64,000 nt of DNA from a virus (lineage: Duplodnaviria; Caudoviricetes). The translations under genes were made by a program, and so were the position numbers. The stretch spans positions 96,001 through 160,000 of IMG/VR virus record IMGVR_UViG_3300031867_004305; one strand, written 5' to 3'. Under the pieces are notes generated by a model. It was given only the letters and a program-made list of their open reading frames with translations, ran no database searches and was not told where the DNA came from. Shown here piece after piece: positions 1 through 11,286 of this stretch (position 1 is the stretch's first letter; each line of letters begins with the position of its first letter).

Positions 1-123
1 ACATTTCCACACTGAGAAGAAAGGCAACTTTCTTCTTTTTTGTTATAAAAAAAACTAATTATTTGTTTATGTAAACACCTTTTATTGAGAAAATGTTTGG
101 AAACAAACAGGTGAGGTGAGAAA

Positions 124-3100
124 ATGGCATTTGAAAAGAAAACTTGGAAAAGCGGTGATGTTATTACTTATAATGCTATGAACCGCTTGGAGGAACAAGT
201 TGCGGATAATACAAATAAACTATCTAGTATTGATGATATGGATAGTTTGCGTGATCAAATCGCCGCTATGGTTACAACTGCGTTTGATCCTATTTCTGAG
301 CAAATATCAGCAACAGAAGAGAATCTTGACAATTTAGTAACTAAAACCAACATTTATGGTAGTAGTGGTGAAATTGATAATGGAAGCGAAGCCTCTCTAA
401 AGGATTGGATTTCCGCACAAATCGCAAATCTTGGGGATGATATCACCGCACTGGAAGGAACAGATGCTCGCATCAAAAATGCTCTTGGTTCAGTGTATGA
501 TATAACAGACCCCGAATGGACTCTTGGCGTGAACAAGAGTATTGACACTCGTCTTATTGAATTACATAATGCTATTTTTGGTGATAGTGAAGCTACTGGA
601 GAATCATTAACTGATAAAGTTGAAGATGCTTTAGGTCGCCCACTAGAACCAACCGCAGAAGAAATTGCGGGAAATAGTAATTATGGTTCTTCTTTACTTG
701 CGTTAATTGAAGCTATTCAAGCAACATTGGGAATGAATGGCGGAAGTGCTAGTGGTTCTTTAGTAGATACTATTGAAAACGCTCTAGGCCGTCCATTGTC
801 TCCAACAGAGCAAGAAAGAATACAAGACCCTAATTTAACAAAATCATTATACGAACTTATTCAAGAAATTCGTAGCACTTTAGGTATGGAAGGTGCTTCA
901 AGTAGTGCTTCTACTTCTACACTAATAAATGATGTAGATACTGCTTTAAATCTACTCTATGGCTATACTAAAACAGTAGAGAATAATGAAACAACTATTG
1001 AACGCAATACTGCCCCAGTTTTGGCTAATTTGAACATTATAAATAGCTATCCTACTTTATATAATGATTTTTATAATGGAGCAAATGGTGCAATTCCTAC
1101 TGTTCTTAGTAATTTACAAAGTACAGTTACAGAAGTTCAAACTAATGCACGAGAACTAAATACAAAAGTAAGCGGATATGATGATGTTATTACTGATTTA
1201 TCTTCTGCTTATCGTGCGGCCGATGTAAAGACCTATAATGATAAAAGCTACTTGATTCTAAAAAGTGATTTAGAAGAAGAAGATGCTACAACCGTTGATG
1301 ACATGACTAACAAAACCAATACCTATGTGGAATTACCACAAATGGGTGGAGGTGGTGGAGGAACAGCTTATGAATTAGATGCTTCATTTACTGCCAGAAC
1401 TCTACCTACTAGTAATGCTATTGCTATAGGTGATAATTATATTGTAGGTTTTACTTGGTCGGTATTAGAAGGTGAAAATCCTGTTGCTATTGACGGTACA
1501 TTGACTATTCGTTTGAACGGTACTATAGTTGATACTATAGCAATAATGTCTAATACATATGATACCTATAATTTAGGACGATATATCACAACTAGCGGCC
1601 GCAATGCTTTCACAATCACAGCGGTAAATGTGGCCACACCAACTCGAACTTTATATACTACTGTTATGGCGTATAATGCTGTATTAGAATCTAATTTTGA
1701 CGCTAGTGTAATACAGACTGGTTCTTCTATCAATTATTCTTATACAGCATCTATTGGTTCTAGCTCAATAGAAAAAGTATTGCATATTTCTCTTGATGGG
1801 ACAGAAATACAAACCTCTAGCAGTTTATCAGAAAGTTTACGTACTGTAGCATTCCCAACCCCTGCGGAAGGAGATCACTTATTAGAAACTTGGTTTACTG
1901 CTAATGTAGGTTCTACAACCGCACCAGTAACTATCACTTCTAATAAATTAGCTTATGGTATTATTTGCGGTCTGAGCAACTCGACTCGTATCGCAACTAA
2001 TTTCAATCAAACTTCAATAGAACAATATCAAACTCTAACAATTGATTATTTAGTCGTTACCCCTAATCAGGACACAACTGTTGTTAATTTCTATGTTGGA
2101 GGATCAGCTACTCCAATCGTAGAAGAAGTAAATACTACTTATCAGTCAATTTCTTTCCCTGTTACTCAAAATGGTGGTACTTTAACCATCCGTATCGTTG
2201 CTGGTAATGCGGAAAAAACTTTACAATTAGAAGTTATTAGTAATGAAACTTATGATTTCTCTATGGTGGATACCGGATTACAAGCACTATATACAGGCGG
2301 TCAAATGACAAATGCTAATCCCAATCGTACCATTTGGGAAAATAGTGCTGAAAGTGTAGGACAATTAGATTATTATAAGAATATTCAAGGTACACTAGAA
2401 AACTTCTTATATTATAATACAAATAATTTTGATGGATGGCTACGTGATAATAACGGCCAAACTTTCTTACGTTTACGTAACAGAGGAAAGGTAAAAATGC
2501 GGTTACCTATTTTCAATTTCAATGTAGATGCCAATGGAAAAATTACAGATGGTATGACTTTTGAAATAGATTTCAAAACCTCTGATGTAACAAATTATAA
2601 TACTGAAATTATTTCTTGTTATGAAGAAGGCCATAAAGAAGATAGAAACATTATTTTTACCGCACAAAACGTAACTCTAAATAACTCTAAAACTTTAGTA
2701 ACTCAATATAAAGAAGAAGAACGTTTGACTATTTCTTTCGTTGTAGAGAATAGTTCTAAGGGGCCATTATATCAGCTAATAAAAATCTATATAAACGGCA
2801 TTCTTTCTGGTGCGGTTCAATATGAATCAACTGCATTGAGTTATGAGGATATAAGTAAAGCTATTATTGAATTAGGTTCAGAAGAATGCACTCTCGATGT
2901 ATATTCTATCCGTTTCTATAATCGTCCTCTTACTTTTGCAGAAGTTATAAAGAACTGGATCTATGATACAGGCTCTTATACAGATAAAATTGCACGATAT
3001 AATAGAAATAATTATAAAGATTCTCAAGGCCGTATCGCATTTAATAGTTTCCGTAATGCTTCACCTGATACTCCTTATATGATTATCGCTGGTGAAGGTG

Positions 3101-6100
3101 ACTGGAATAATGAAGATGGTCTAAAGGCAATGCCTACTACTAAATCTGATGGTACATATAATACAACAGAAAAAGGCATCACAGTAGAATACACCAATCC
3201 ACTTAATCCAGCTTATAGCTTTACTAGTATTTGTGAAGATGGTGAAGTAGGTGTCGCAATACAAGGTACTTCTTCACAAGAGTATAAAAGAAAGAATTAT
3301 AAAATCAAATTATCCATTTTCTTACAAGACGGCAAGTACCATGTAAAATCTCCTGCTAAGGCCGCGAATAAGGATAATTATTATGTTGAAGAATACGATG
3401 GAGAAGGCAAACGCATTTATAATACTCTAAAATCTGAATATACAAAAACAGGTTATAAACTAAGCGAGACTTCTTTACCAACCTTTACTTTTTGCATCAA
3501 GGCCGACGTAGCTTCTTCTGAAAGTGCTAACAATGTTCTAATGGTAAGAATATATGATGATTTAGTACGCACTATTGCAGGACTTACTCCTCCCCAGGAA
3601 GAGAATAGCAGTATACGTCAAGGTGTAGAAGGCTATCCAATGATAGTATGGTATTTGAATAAGAAGACTAATGAATATACTTTCTTAGGCAAATATAACT
3701 TCAATAACGATAAAGGAACAAAAGAAGTCTATGGATTCCAAGATGGCGACGAAAGTTGGGAAGTCGGTAATAACGAACGCCCTCTTTGCTTCTTTGAAGA
3801 AGGAGATGGCTCAGAGTGGAATGAATGGCGCAGAGCTTTTGAAACACGTTATCCTGATGATGATAGTAGTATGACAAAAGAGGAAGACCCATACACTGAT
3901 GAACAAATAGCGGATCGTCTTGCTGGTTTGCGTGAAATGGTACATTGGGTTAGTAGTAGCGTAGATTGGACTGATGAAAATAAAGAAGATGTGGTATTTA
4001 CACAGTCTATTATAAATGCAGTTACACCAGAAGATACTGCTTTAGCTAATACTTTAGGAACTACTCCTGAAATTGAAGCTTATAAGAGAGAGTTCCAGAA
4101 TTATTTCCATTTGAACTTTATGGTGTTCTTCTTTGTTTATACTGAACTTTTCCTAATGGTAGATAACCGTGCGAAGAACATGTTTATGACTCGTTATAAG
4201 GTAACACCAGATCGTCCTTATAGCGGTACAGCTGTTACTTTACACTCTTCAGTCAATGAAACCGCCGAATATACTGGTTGGTTTAGTTTACCATATGATA
4301 TGGATACTGGTTTAGGTACAGATAACGTAGGCCGCTATAAGTTTGATTACCATTATGAATCAGGAGATTATCAACCTGATGGTTCAGTAGTGTTCAATGG
4401 CCAAAAGTCTAAATTATGGGTAACATTTAGAAAAGTTTTCCCAAGTAAAATAAGTGAAACTTTTAGGTCATTCTTTAGTAATATATCTGCACAAATTATT
4501 GATAATATGTATGAAAACCATCAAGGCGTATGGTCCGAAACCATTGTCAATGAAGATATGGAAGGAAAGTATATTGATTGGATTACTTACGACGAAAATG
4601 GTACAGCCGTTTCACGTGATACACGTGCTTTACCCATGTTGCTAGGCTTGAAAGTACAACAGCGTAAAGCCTGGTTATTCAATAGATTCCTCTACTTTAT
4701 TAGCAAAGAGGCACCAGATGCTAACGACTCTATTTCATTAGGTGTAAGAAAAGCAGAATTAAGTATTCCTGTTTCTGTTTATGCTGATTCTTATGTTACA
4801 TTCAAAGTCGGTGCACAAGATCCCGCACCAACTAGAATACGTGTAGGCATAGGAGAAACAAAAACTATTGTACGTGATACAAGTAATTCTTCTGGTACCG
4901 CGGGCGACCGCGTTGAGTCTAGTATGATTCCTGCTTCACGTATAAAGTCTATTGGAAATCTAGCTACTTTACAATTGAATAATGCTGATTTCTCTAAAGC
5001 GATTAGATTGCAATCATTACAAATCGGTAGTGCTAATCCTTCATTAGAAAACACTCGTTTAGACACTATTAACTTAACTGGTAATAGATTATTACGTAAC
5101 TTTGATTTACGTAATTGTTCTAATTATTCTGCAGATTTAAGCTTGCAGACTTGCCTGAGTCTAGAAAAAGCTTATTTAAGTGGTACTAAAATCAAGAAAG
5201 TTATGCTACCAAATGGCGGCGTCCTTCGTACAATTCAGTATCCTGAAACTATCACTGAAATCAAGATCGAAAATCAGCCATATCTAACTAACTTAATTAT
5301 TGGCTCTGATTTGCCGGCGGATGAAATCACAGAGGAAGATGCTCCATTTGTAAATGAGTTTGATATAGCTAATAATGATTACTCTAACATTACTTCAATC
5401 GTGCTAGACAATATCGGTGAAAGTATCAATGTGCCCAATATCGTAGTTCAGAGTGAAAACTTAGCCAGTTGTTCTTTAAATGCACTAGTATTTAGAATGA
5501 CTAGTTCTGCGTTCAAGACCTTCTTTGATAAGTTAGTTGATGTTGACGCAACAGTAACTAATTGTACTTTGTATCTAGAAGATGATTTATCAACTGTTGG
5601 TATGACAGTTAATGATATTACTGATAAGTTCGATATTAAAATCTTTGACAAAACTGGTGCAGAATACTTCAACGTGCGTTTCTATGACTTTGAAGGTAAT
5701 TGGTTAGCTACTCGTAGCGTAGCTAGTGGAACTCAAGTTCTAACTAATGATATTGATAATTACTTCACTCCTGAAGTAGAGTACGCTCATAATAATATCA
5801 CAGTTGATGATTTAGCTAATTATGAGACTATTCAAGGGTTTGGTGGATGGAATGTAAATCTACAAAATGTTACAACTGACTTAGAAGCACGTCCAGTAGA
5901 AGTAACTAAATACCGTATGGCTTATCATTATTTACAAGATTATACAACTCGTGCAGTTCAATATTTATATTTCGCAGAAAACGCAAGCATTACACGTATT
6001 GCTCCACCAGTGTTTATCTATGAATATAATCAGTATAATGCTTCTCGTTGGACCGCAGATAGTAACGAACCAGAGAATTATCCAGAAGAAGATGAGCGTA

Positions 6101-7068
6101 CTGCTGTAAGCCAGAATGCTTTGAAGCAGGCTTCTAGTGAAGATTGGTATTTGTGCTATACTACAAGTGCGGCTGTATATCAAATAAGAGTGTATAACAC
6201 TGACACAGAAGGAAATAAGACAGAACTGTTAGGTAGTTTTGAACGCACCGCTATTGGTTCAAATACTACTGTTACTTTTGCTAATTTGGAACAATACATG
6301 CCTGCGGAAGGTATTATCGCAATCAATAGCACAGAATTAAATGTTCCTGTTGAAGAACGTGAATATCAGTTCTTATGCTGGCAGCCAAAGATTACTTCTG
6401 ATTCTGATGGAGCAATGCAAGTTGTAGGTGATACAGATATTCTACTCCGTTATTACAAAACCGATGATGTTTATACCAATTACTTCCTAAATAAAATAAC
6501 TGAATTGGAACTAAGCGAAAATGTTACTCGTTTACCACCTGGTTCTTTCATAAATAACTCTAATTTGACTAAGTTAATAACTTACGCGGAAAATATAGGA
6601 GAAAATAGCTTCTCTGCTTATTTCAATGATGCTCCTGATAACAAAATACGTTACTTTGTATTCAAGGGCGATAATGTAACATTTGATGATAAATGTTTCT
6701 ATAATTTAGGAATAAACTCTTCTACTTCCTCTACTGATTATAAAACAGTAATTATATTTGAAGGTACTGGACAATTTACCGTGGCAGAGTCATGTTTCAA
6801 TGCTATAAAAAATTGTATTATAATTATTCGTAATAGTGATTATCCAATACGAGGAGTTGGCACAATTCAAAGTTTCGTTAGCTTCAATGGTAATAATAAT
6901 AGGATTTATGTTAGTGATGGTGCTAGGGAAGCATACGATACGGATAATGCCGTTCCTGCTGCGATAAAAGGTAATGCAGGTAGTGTTGTATTGAGAGTTT
7001 CTAATAACTGGACCGCCGGTATAAATATCAAGAGTATTTTAGAGGAGGTGGGAATAGATGTTGACTAA
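124..7068 (+). CDS. Giant virion-associated protein (2314 aa): Ig/LamG-like region, CotH-kinase-like domain, C-terminal leucine-rich repeats
   Basis: Long ORF with RBS (GGTGAGGTGAG). Motifs QGTSS..YKRKNYKI, GKYNFNNDKG, DNRAKNMF and PYDMDTGLG resemble CotH-like domains of large phage structural proteins. LRR-like segments near the C-terminus. Internal duplication ALGRPL..T...LGM at the N-terminus. Confidence 0.6.
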   Translation: MAFEKKTWKSGDVITYNAMNRLEEQVADNTNKLSSIDDMDSLRDQIAAMVTTAFDPISEQISATEENLDNLVTKTNIYGSSGEIDNGSEASLKDWISAQIANLGDDITALEGTDARIKNALGSVYDITDPEWTLGVNKSIDTRLIELHNAIFGDSEATGESLTDKVEDALGRPLEPTAEEIAGNSNYGSSLLALIEAIQATLGMNGGSASGSLVDTIENALGRPLSPTEQERIQDPNLTKSLYELIQEIRSTLGMEGASSSASTSTLINDVDTALNLLYGYTKTVENNETTIERNTAPVLANLNIINSYPTLYNDFYNGANGAIPTVLSNLQSTVTEVQTNARELNTKVSGYDDVITDLSSAYRAADVKTYNDKSYLILKSDLEEEDATTVDDMTNKTNTYVELPQMGGGGGGTAYELDASFTARTLPTSNAIAIGDNYIVGFTWSVLEGENPVAIDGTLTIRLNGTIVDTIAIMSNTYDTYNLGRYITTSGRNAFTITAVNVATPTRTLYTTVMAYNAVLESNFDASVIQTGSSINYSYTASIGSSSIEKVLHISLDGTEIQTSSSLSESLRTVAFPTPAEGDHLLETWFTANVGSTTAPVTITSNKLAYGIICGLSNSTRIATNFNQTSIEQYQTLTIDYLVVTPNQDTTVVNFYVGGSATPIVEEVNTTYQSISFPVTQNGGTLTIRIVAGNAEKTLQLEVISNETYDFSMVDTGLQALYTGGQMTNANPNRTIWENSAESVGQLDYYKNIQGTLENFLYYNTNNFDGWLRDNNGQTFLRLRNRGKVKMRLPIFNFNVDANGKITDGMTFEIDFKTSDVTNYNTEIISCYEEGHKEDRNIIFTAQNVTLNNSKTLVTQYKEEERLTISFVVENSSKGPLYQLIKIYINGILSGAVQYESTALSYEDISKAIIELGSEECTLDVYSIRFYNRPLTFAEVIKNWIYDTGSYTDKIARYNRNNYKDSQGRIAFNSFRNASPDTPYMIIAGEGDWNNEDGLKAMPTTKSDGTYNTTEKGITVEYTNPLNPAYSFTSICEDGEVGVAIQGTSSQEYKRKNYKIKLSIFLQDGKYHVKSPAKAANKDNYYVEEYDGEGKRIYNTLKSEYTKTGYKLSETSLPTFTFCIKADVASSESANNVLMVRIYDDLVRTIAGLTPPQEENSSIRQGVEGYPMIVWYLNKKTNEYTFLGKYNFNNDKGTKEVYGFQDGDESWEVGNNERPLCFFEEGDGSEWNEWRRAFETRYPDDDSSMTKEEDPYTDEQIADRLAGLREMVHWVSSSVDWTDENKEDVVFTQSIINAVTPEDTALANTLGTTPEIEAYKREFQNYFHLNFMVFFFVYTELFLMVDNRAKNMFMTRYKVTPDRPYSGTAVTLHSSVNETAEYTGWFSLPYDMDTGLGTDNVGRYKFDYHYESGDYQPDGSVVFNGQKSKLWVTFRKVFPSKISETFRSFFSNISAQIIDNMYENHQGVWSETIVNEDMEGKYIDWITYDENGTAVSRDTRALPMLLGLKVQQRKAWLFNRFLYFISKEAPDANDSISLGVRKAELSIPVSVYADSYVTFKVGAQDPAPTRIRVGIGETKTIVRDTSNSSGTAGDRVESSMIPASRIKSIGNLATLQLNNADFSKAIRLQSLQIGSANPSLENTRLDTINLTGNRLLRNFDLRNCSNYSADLSLQTCLSLEKAYLSGTKIKKVMLPNGGVLRTIQYPETITEIKIENQPYLTNLIIGSDLPADEITEEDAPFVNEFDIANNDYSNITSIVLDNIGESINVPNIVVQSENLASCSLNALVFRMTSSAFKTFFDKLVDVDATVTNCTLYLEDDLSTVGMTVNDITDKFDIKIFDKTGAEYFNVRFYDFEGNWLATRSVASGTQVLTNDIDNYFTPEVEYAHNNITVDDLANYETIQGFGGWNVNLQNVTTDLEARPVEVTKYRMAYHYLQDYTTRAVQYLYFAENASITRIAPPVFIYEYNQYNASRWTADSNEPENYPEEDERTAVSQNALKQASSEDWYLCYTTSAAVYQIRVYNTDTEGNKTELLGSFERTAIGSNTTVTFANLEQYMPAEGIIAINSTELNVPVEEREYQFLCWQPKITSDSDGAMQVVGDTDILLRYYKTDDVYTNYFLNKITELELSENVTRLPPGSFINNSNLTKLITYAENIGENSFSAYFNDAPDNKIRYFVFKGDNVTFDDKCFYNLGINSSTSSTDYKTVIIFEGTGQFTVAESCFNAIKNCIIIIRNSDYPIRGVGTIQSFVSFNGNNNRIYVSDGAREAYDTDNAVPAAIKGNAGSVVLRVSNNWTAGINIKSILEEVGIDVD

Positions 7069-8488
7069 TGCTATACAAAGTAAAGCTAAACTTGAAGAGT
7101 TCTTCCAGAACTCTTCAAGTAGCAAAATAATAGATATACCAGAATTGGTTTATATTGATAGTGCTATGGCACAAGCAAATGGATTATATTTATCAGACAA
7201 CAATATTACTGAAGTAATATTAGAAAATATGGAACAACAACCTTATAGATTGGGCGGTTCAAGTATAATTAAAGTCAATTTGAATCATTTGAAAAAAATT
7301 GATGGTGCTGGTCGTAATAGCGGAAATTATCCAGGAGGATACTTGCCTCATTTTCTATACAACACAAAATTAGAAAAATTGGAATTGCCTCATTTTTTAG
7401 GGCCTACTACTTTCTTTCCGGCCACCAATATCCAATCTGGTAATATTCAACCTCAACAATCTCCTAGTTTTGATAGAAATTATTGGTTGAAAGATGTAGG
7501 ATTAGGCCGCGACATAGCATCAATAGAGGATATAAAAGACTTCAATGGTTTATGGTTTAGAGATCATTATTTCTTATACGCCTTACGTTTATATTATCCT
7601 AAAGTAATAGAGCTAAATCGTACTCCTGAGTTCCTTATATATAGTACTCCAATAGGAACTGGTAATGGTTACATTTACGTGCCTGATAATCTCGTACAGG
7701 ATTATAAACAATCCACTTCTTGGACTGAGCTTAGTGCAAAAATTAAAGGGTTATCAGAGTATGAAACCGATAAGCTTGCATTCCAAGATACAATTACCAA
7801 ATCTTGGAGTGAAATAATCGCAGACTGTAATACACGTACAATGGATAATTCCTATCGTGTTGGTGCACGTAAAACACTTTATATAGATGGCATACCATAT
7901 CAAATGACGATACTAGGTCTAAATAGTGATATTCGTGCGGATGATGGCAGTTATGCAATGATTAGTTGGGGTTTAACCACAGCATACGACTTTACTCCAC
8001 TAGAAGCCATCAGTATGGATACTGCTATTGCGAGAAATTACAGCCAAGAAGGTTCTATTCATACCTATCTAAACAATTTACTACTAAACTTCCCCGCTGA
8101 ACTACAAGCAGAGAATGGAATAAAGGAAGTAGTGAAAAATAGTTATGGCTTCAACGAACAAGGAACCCCTAATTATTATCAATCTAGAGAAAAGTTATGG
8201 GCTTATTCTGATATAGAACTCGGAGTTTCTACCCGTGCTTCTGTATCAAATTTGAAGCCTTACGCCTATTTTGATACTACTCAAATATCTGGTTCTGCTC
8301 CAAACTTTACAAAGGGTGCAACATACAACGATAGCATCCGAAGCTCTATGTATATTCCACTTCGTGATTTTAGTAGTAATAGTAACAACTATCCAGATAG
8401 CCTCCAGTACAAGTCTGCTTCTAGGTCAATGGAAGTTGTATCCGGTGGCAGTACAGCACCTTATGTAGTCTTTGGTTTTTGTACCTAA
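7058..8488 (+). CDS. Structural/adhesin protein, LRR-like N-terminus and DUF6273/lectin-like C-terminus
   Basis: Overlaps the previous stop. IYVPD..V..YK....W motif, WSEII...YRVG..K segment and terminal VVFGFC. Confidence 0.45.
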   Translation: MLTNAIQSKAKLEEFFQNSSSSKIIDIPELVYIDSAMAQANGLYLSDNNITEVILENMEQQPYRLGGSSIIKVNLNHLKKIDGAGRNSGNYPGGYLPHFLYNTKLEKLELPHFLGPTTFFPATNIQSGNIQPQQSPSFDRNYWLKDVGLGRDIASIEDIKDFNGLWFRDHYFLYALRLYYPKVIELNRTPEFLIYSTPIGTGNGYIYVPDNLVQDYKQSTSWTELSAKIKGLSEYETDKLAFQDTITKSWSEIIADCNTRTMDNSYRVGARKTLYIDGIPYQMTILGLNSDIRADDGSYAMISWGLTTAYDFTPLEAISMDTAIARNYSQEGSIHTYLNNLLLNFPAELQAENGIKEVVKNSYGFNEQGTPNYYQSREKLWAYSDIELGVSTRASVSNLKPYAYFDTTQISGSAPNFTKGATYNDSIRSSMYIPLRDFSSNSNNYPDSLQYKSASRSMEVVSGGSTAPYVVFGFCT

Positions 8489-8499
8489 GGAGGGATTTT

Positions 8500-9111
8500 A
8501 TGTTAGTTTATGAAACTTACAAGACACCAGCTATGTTAGAACAAGGAACTCGTATTAGTTCTGATAATGGCTTTTATATTTCATATAATAATAATTTATA
8601 CACTGAAATTGTACTAACTCGTCAAGAAGAAATAGAAAAAGTAACTGAAACAGAAATCGCTTATGCTTCTCCCGCTATTACAGCAGAAACTTTTAAATCT
8701 ATCATTATGCCTGACTATGAAATTATTACTCGTGCCGAAGCTATCGCCGCACGCCAAGTAATAGAAAAAATGTTAGATGAATTAGATGAAAGTGAAGTAT
8801 ATGATGTCTTTTGCTTATTTAGTGCTTGGGAACCAGGCGTAAGATATGCCGCTGGACATCGCGTTGTTTTTGGTAATGATATTTACAATGTCGAAAACAC
8901 TCATGTTTCTAATCTTTCTCCTATCGAAGACAAGGCAAGTTATACTCTCATACTTAAGCCTACTAATCTTATTCCTAATTGGTCTGAACAAGACACTCCA
9001 TATGAATTAGGAGCAAAGATAAAAGTTGGCGAGCATGTTTATGAGAGTTTAGTAGAAAATAATCTATGGCAACCTGTAGATTTTCCTGCGGGCTGGCGTT
9101 TAATAAAGTAA
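8500..9111 (+). CDS. Protein with CBM5/12-like carbohydrate-binding modules
   Basis: WEPGVRYAAGHRVVFG..IY and YELGAKIKV..HVYESL..NNLW.P motifs; AGGAGG before ATG 8500. Confidence 0.55.
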   Translation: MLVYETYKTPAMLEQGTRISSDNGFYISYNNNLYTEIVLTRQEEIEKVTETEIAYASPAITAETFKSIIMPDYEIITRAEAIAARQVIEKMLDELDESEVYDVFCLFSAWEPGVRYAAGHRVVFGNDIYNVENTHVSNLSPIEDKASYTLILKPTNLIPNWSEQDTPYELGAKIKVGEHVYESLVENNLWQPVDFPAGWRLIK

Positions 9112-9116
9112 AAATG

Positions 9117-9148
9117 GGGAAGTCAAGTAATACTTGACTTCCCTTTTA
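9117..9148 (+). terminator. Intrinsic terminator whose 3' arm contains the -35 of a promoter
   Basis: GGGAAGTCAAGTA/TACTTGACTTCCC followed by TTTT. Confidence 0.7.
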
Positions 9149-9162
9149 TTTTTTGCTATAAT
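9134..9162 (+). promoter_or_regulatory. SigA/sigma70-type early promoter
   Basis: TTGACT-N17-TATAAT with TG extended -10. Confidence 0.8.
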
Positions 9163-9190
9163 AATTATAGAAAAAGAAAAGGAGAAAAGT

Positions 9191-9325
9191 ATGTTTATTT
9201 TAAAAATTCTATTATGTATGGGTGGTACAATTATTCTGGCAGCGGTGGTAACTAGTATTGAGACATGGCTTGAAAAACATCCAGTAAAAGAAGAAAAAAG
9301 TGTTCCACTTTATTTGGAGAGATAA
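9191..9325 (+). CDS. Small membrane protein
   Basis: AAGGAG RBS and hydrophobic N-terminus. The track start at 9134 is the promoter TTG. Confidence 0.5.
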   Translation: MFILKILLCMGGTIILAAVVTSIETWLEKHPVKEEKSVPLYLER

Positions 9326-9328
9326 TAA

Positions 9329-9547
9329 ATGAATAACCTTATTTGTCCTTATTGCGGGAAAAGCTATTATATGGAGCAATATTCTACTATGACCGCTATG
9401 TATTTCCCGCCCATCTATAAAGATGGAGTAAACATAAATCCTGATAGAAATATCACTACAAGTGTTTGCCGCTGCTTAAATTGTAATGGTATTTTCTCTT
9501 ACCGTACTTGTGGAGGCGAACTTATTGATGATTACGGGATTAGTTAA
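9329..9547 (+). CDS. Small Zn-ribbon protein
   Basis: CPYC...CLNC. Confidence 0.55.
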   Translation: MNNLICPYCGKSYYMEQYSTMTAMYFPPIYKDGVNINPDRNITTSVCRCLNCNGIFSYRTCGGELIDDYGIS

Positions 9548-9817
9548 TTTTTTTATAGCATTAATTATATTTTTATTTTGTATTTTATTATTGCCACTAT
9601 CATTGATTTATGCTATAATAAATATTATACTCGATTTATTTAGGAGAGATTAAATGGAAAAAACTGAATCTAAATGGCCCACTTGGAATAAATGGCTTCA
9701 TGAAATTTTTAAAAATTATGAGACTGGCAATAATCATAATTTTCTTGAGTGGCTTAACACTCCGATACCAGAAAATGAAGCTAAACGTTTTAATATTCCA
9801 TTAAAGAAGGAGTTACA

Positions 9818-10159
9818 ATGAATAGATTTATTGTAGACTATAATTATTATAATAATCAAAGATTTTCAAAAGAAGTAGAAGAAAAAATTAAAACTAAAGA
9901 AGTTCCAATGAACGGCCATTTAGGCAAGTACGCGGCAAAAATTCATAACGAGGAAGAACTGGAACTAATCAAAAATTATTGGGAAACTGCACTTGCTTCT
10001 TGTCAGGGAACTGTTATTATTGAAAATGGTGATTTCCGCGGGCCAGATTGGTATTTTATTTACATTATCAATGAATTCGGATATGAAACTGTTTGTACTT
10101 TAGAAACTCTTACAGAGCGTAAACAAGAATGGGAAAATTATATTAACCAATTTGATTGA
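9818..10159 (+). CDS. Hypothetical protein
   Basis: AAGGAGG RBS, ORF. Confidence 0.6.
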   Translation: MNRFIVDYNYYNNQRFSKEVEEKIKTKEVPMNGHLGKYAAKIHNEEELELIKNYWETALASCQGTVIIENGDFRGPDWYFIYIINEFGYETVCTLETLTERKQEWENYINQFD

Positions 10160-10184
10160 CTTTTATAAGAAATTATAGTATAAT
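10156..10184 (+). promoter_or_regulatory. SigA-type promoter
   Basis: TTGACT-N17-TATAAT. Confidence 0.75.
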
Positions 10185-10220
10185 ATAAGTAAAGAAAAAG
10201 AAAAGGAGAAAAATAAAACT

Positions 10221-10667
10221 ATGAAGATTAACATTACTAAGGATGACGCACGATTTATTGTAGACGAGAAGAAGGGTAAGGTAGTTTGTATTATTGATAA
10301 TACTCGTAACCTTTTTGTACTTTATGCAGAAGATAATCTCAGAATTAGGCCTGATTGTGATGGTGACGATTGGCTTTTAGAGTCTAAGCTATATCCTAAG
10401 CTACTTATGCCCAATCGTTATGTTGGTGTAGCGACTTGTAATCCAGAAGATACTTTCTCTGTTGAAACTGGCAAGCTAATTGCTTTTTCTAACGCAAAGG
10501 ATAAGATCCACAAGAGTTTCTTTAAGCGTGCGAATACCTATGTGAACACCATTGATAGTTGGCTAACTCAGGCCGTTGATAGCATCAATCGTTATGGTGA
10601 AAAGGTTGAATTCAATACCCAGCGTCGTCATGACAAGATTACTGAACTAGTAGGAGAGCCAAACTAA
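10221..10667 (+). CDS. Hypothetical phage protein
   Basis: RBS; G.ATCNPEDTFS.ETG..IA motif; codon bias to AAG/CTA/ATT. Confidence 0.65.
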   Translation: MKINITKDDARFIVDEKKGKVVCIIDNTRNLFVLYAEDNLRIRPDCDGDDWLLESKLYPKLLMPNRYVGVATCNPEDTFSVETGKLIAFSNAKDKIHKSFFKRANTYVNTIDSWLTQAVDSINRYGEKVEFNTQRRHDKITELVGEPN

Positions 10668-11230
10668 TGGGGAGTAGAATTATACTCCCCTATGGCGAAA
10701 CAGGAGAATATATTCAAAAAGCAATTCCAAAGGATGAATTATTACAAAACTTTAAATTTCCTTCTTTAGATGCTTACATGAACGACAAAAGCACTTTAGA
10801 AGAACCAATTTTCATTGATGAAGAACAAGAATTTATTTTACCTGTTTGGTCAGCTATAGAGCAACAATATAATGAGTGGTACAATTGGTATTCTGCACCA
10901 GAAGAAATTCGTAATTTTCTTGCTCCAATCGTAGGTTCATCATATAATGAATATCATTTACCTGTTCTCTATTTTCCGCGTTTTATGCCTATTATGGATG
11001 AAGTAATGGTAGATAGTTTAATAGAAAACGATGCTCTTATTGTCGCGGGAATGAGAATGGAACGATTTAATATAAAAGAAATTGATGTTATTCATTTCTT
11101 TCAAGATTTACGTAAAGTTTGTGATTATTTAGAATTAAATGAGGAAGATATTTATAATAATCCATCTAATATTGGATATAATCCTACTTTTGGTTTGCGA
11201 ATTATAGATTATGGACTATCTAATACTTGA
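10667..11230 (+). CDS. Hypothetical protein, possible degenerate kinase fold
   Basis: C-terminal DIYNNPSNIG...IIDYG resembles a kinase catalytic loop and DFG motif. Confidence 0.4.
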   Translation: MGSRIILPYGETGEYIQKAIPKDELLQNFKFPSLDAYMNDKSTLEEPIFIDEEQEFILPVWSAIEQQYNEWYNWYSAPEEIRNFLAPIVGSSYNEYHLPVLYFPRFMPIMDEVMVDSLIENDALIVAGMRMERFNIKEIDVIHFFQDLRKVCDYLELNEEDIYNNPSNIGYNPTFGLRIIDYGLSNT

Positions 11231-11255
11231 CTTTTTCTTGAATTTCTGCTATAAT
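11227..11255 (+). promoter_or_regulatory. SigA-type promoter
   Basis: TTGACT-N17-TATAAT with TG extension. Confidence 0.75.
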
Positions 11256-11286
11256 AATTATAGAACGAAAGGGAAAGGAAAAGAAA

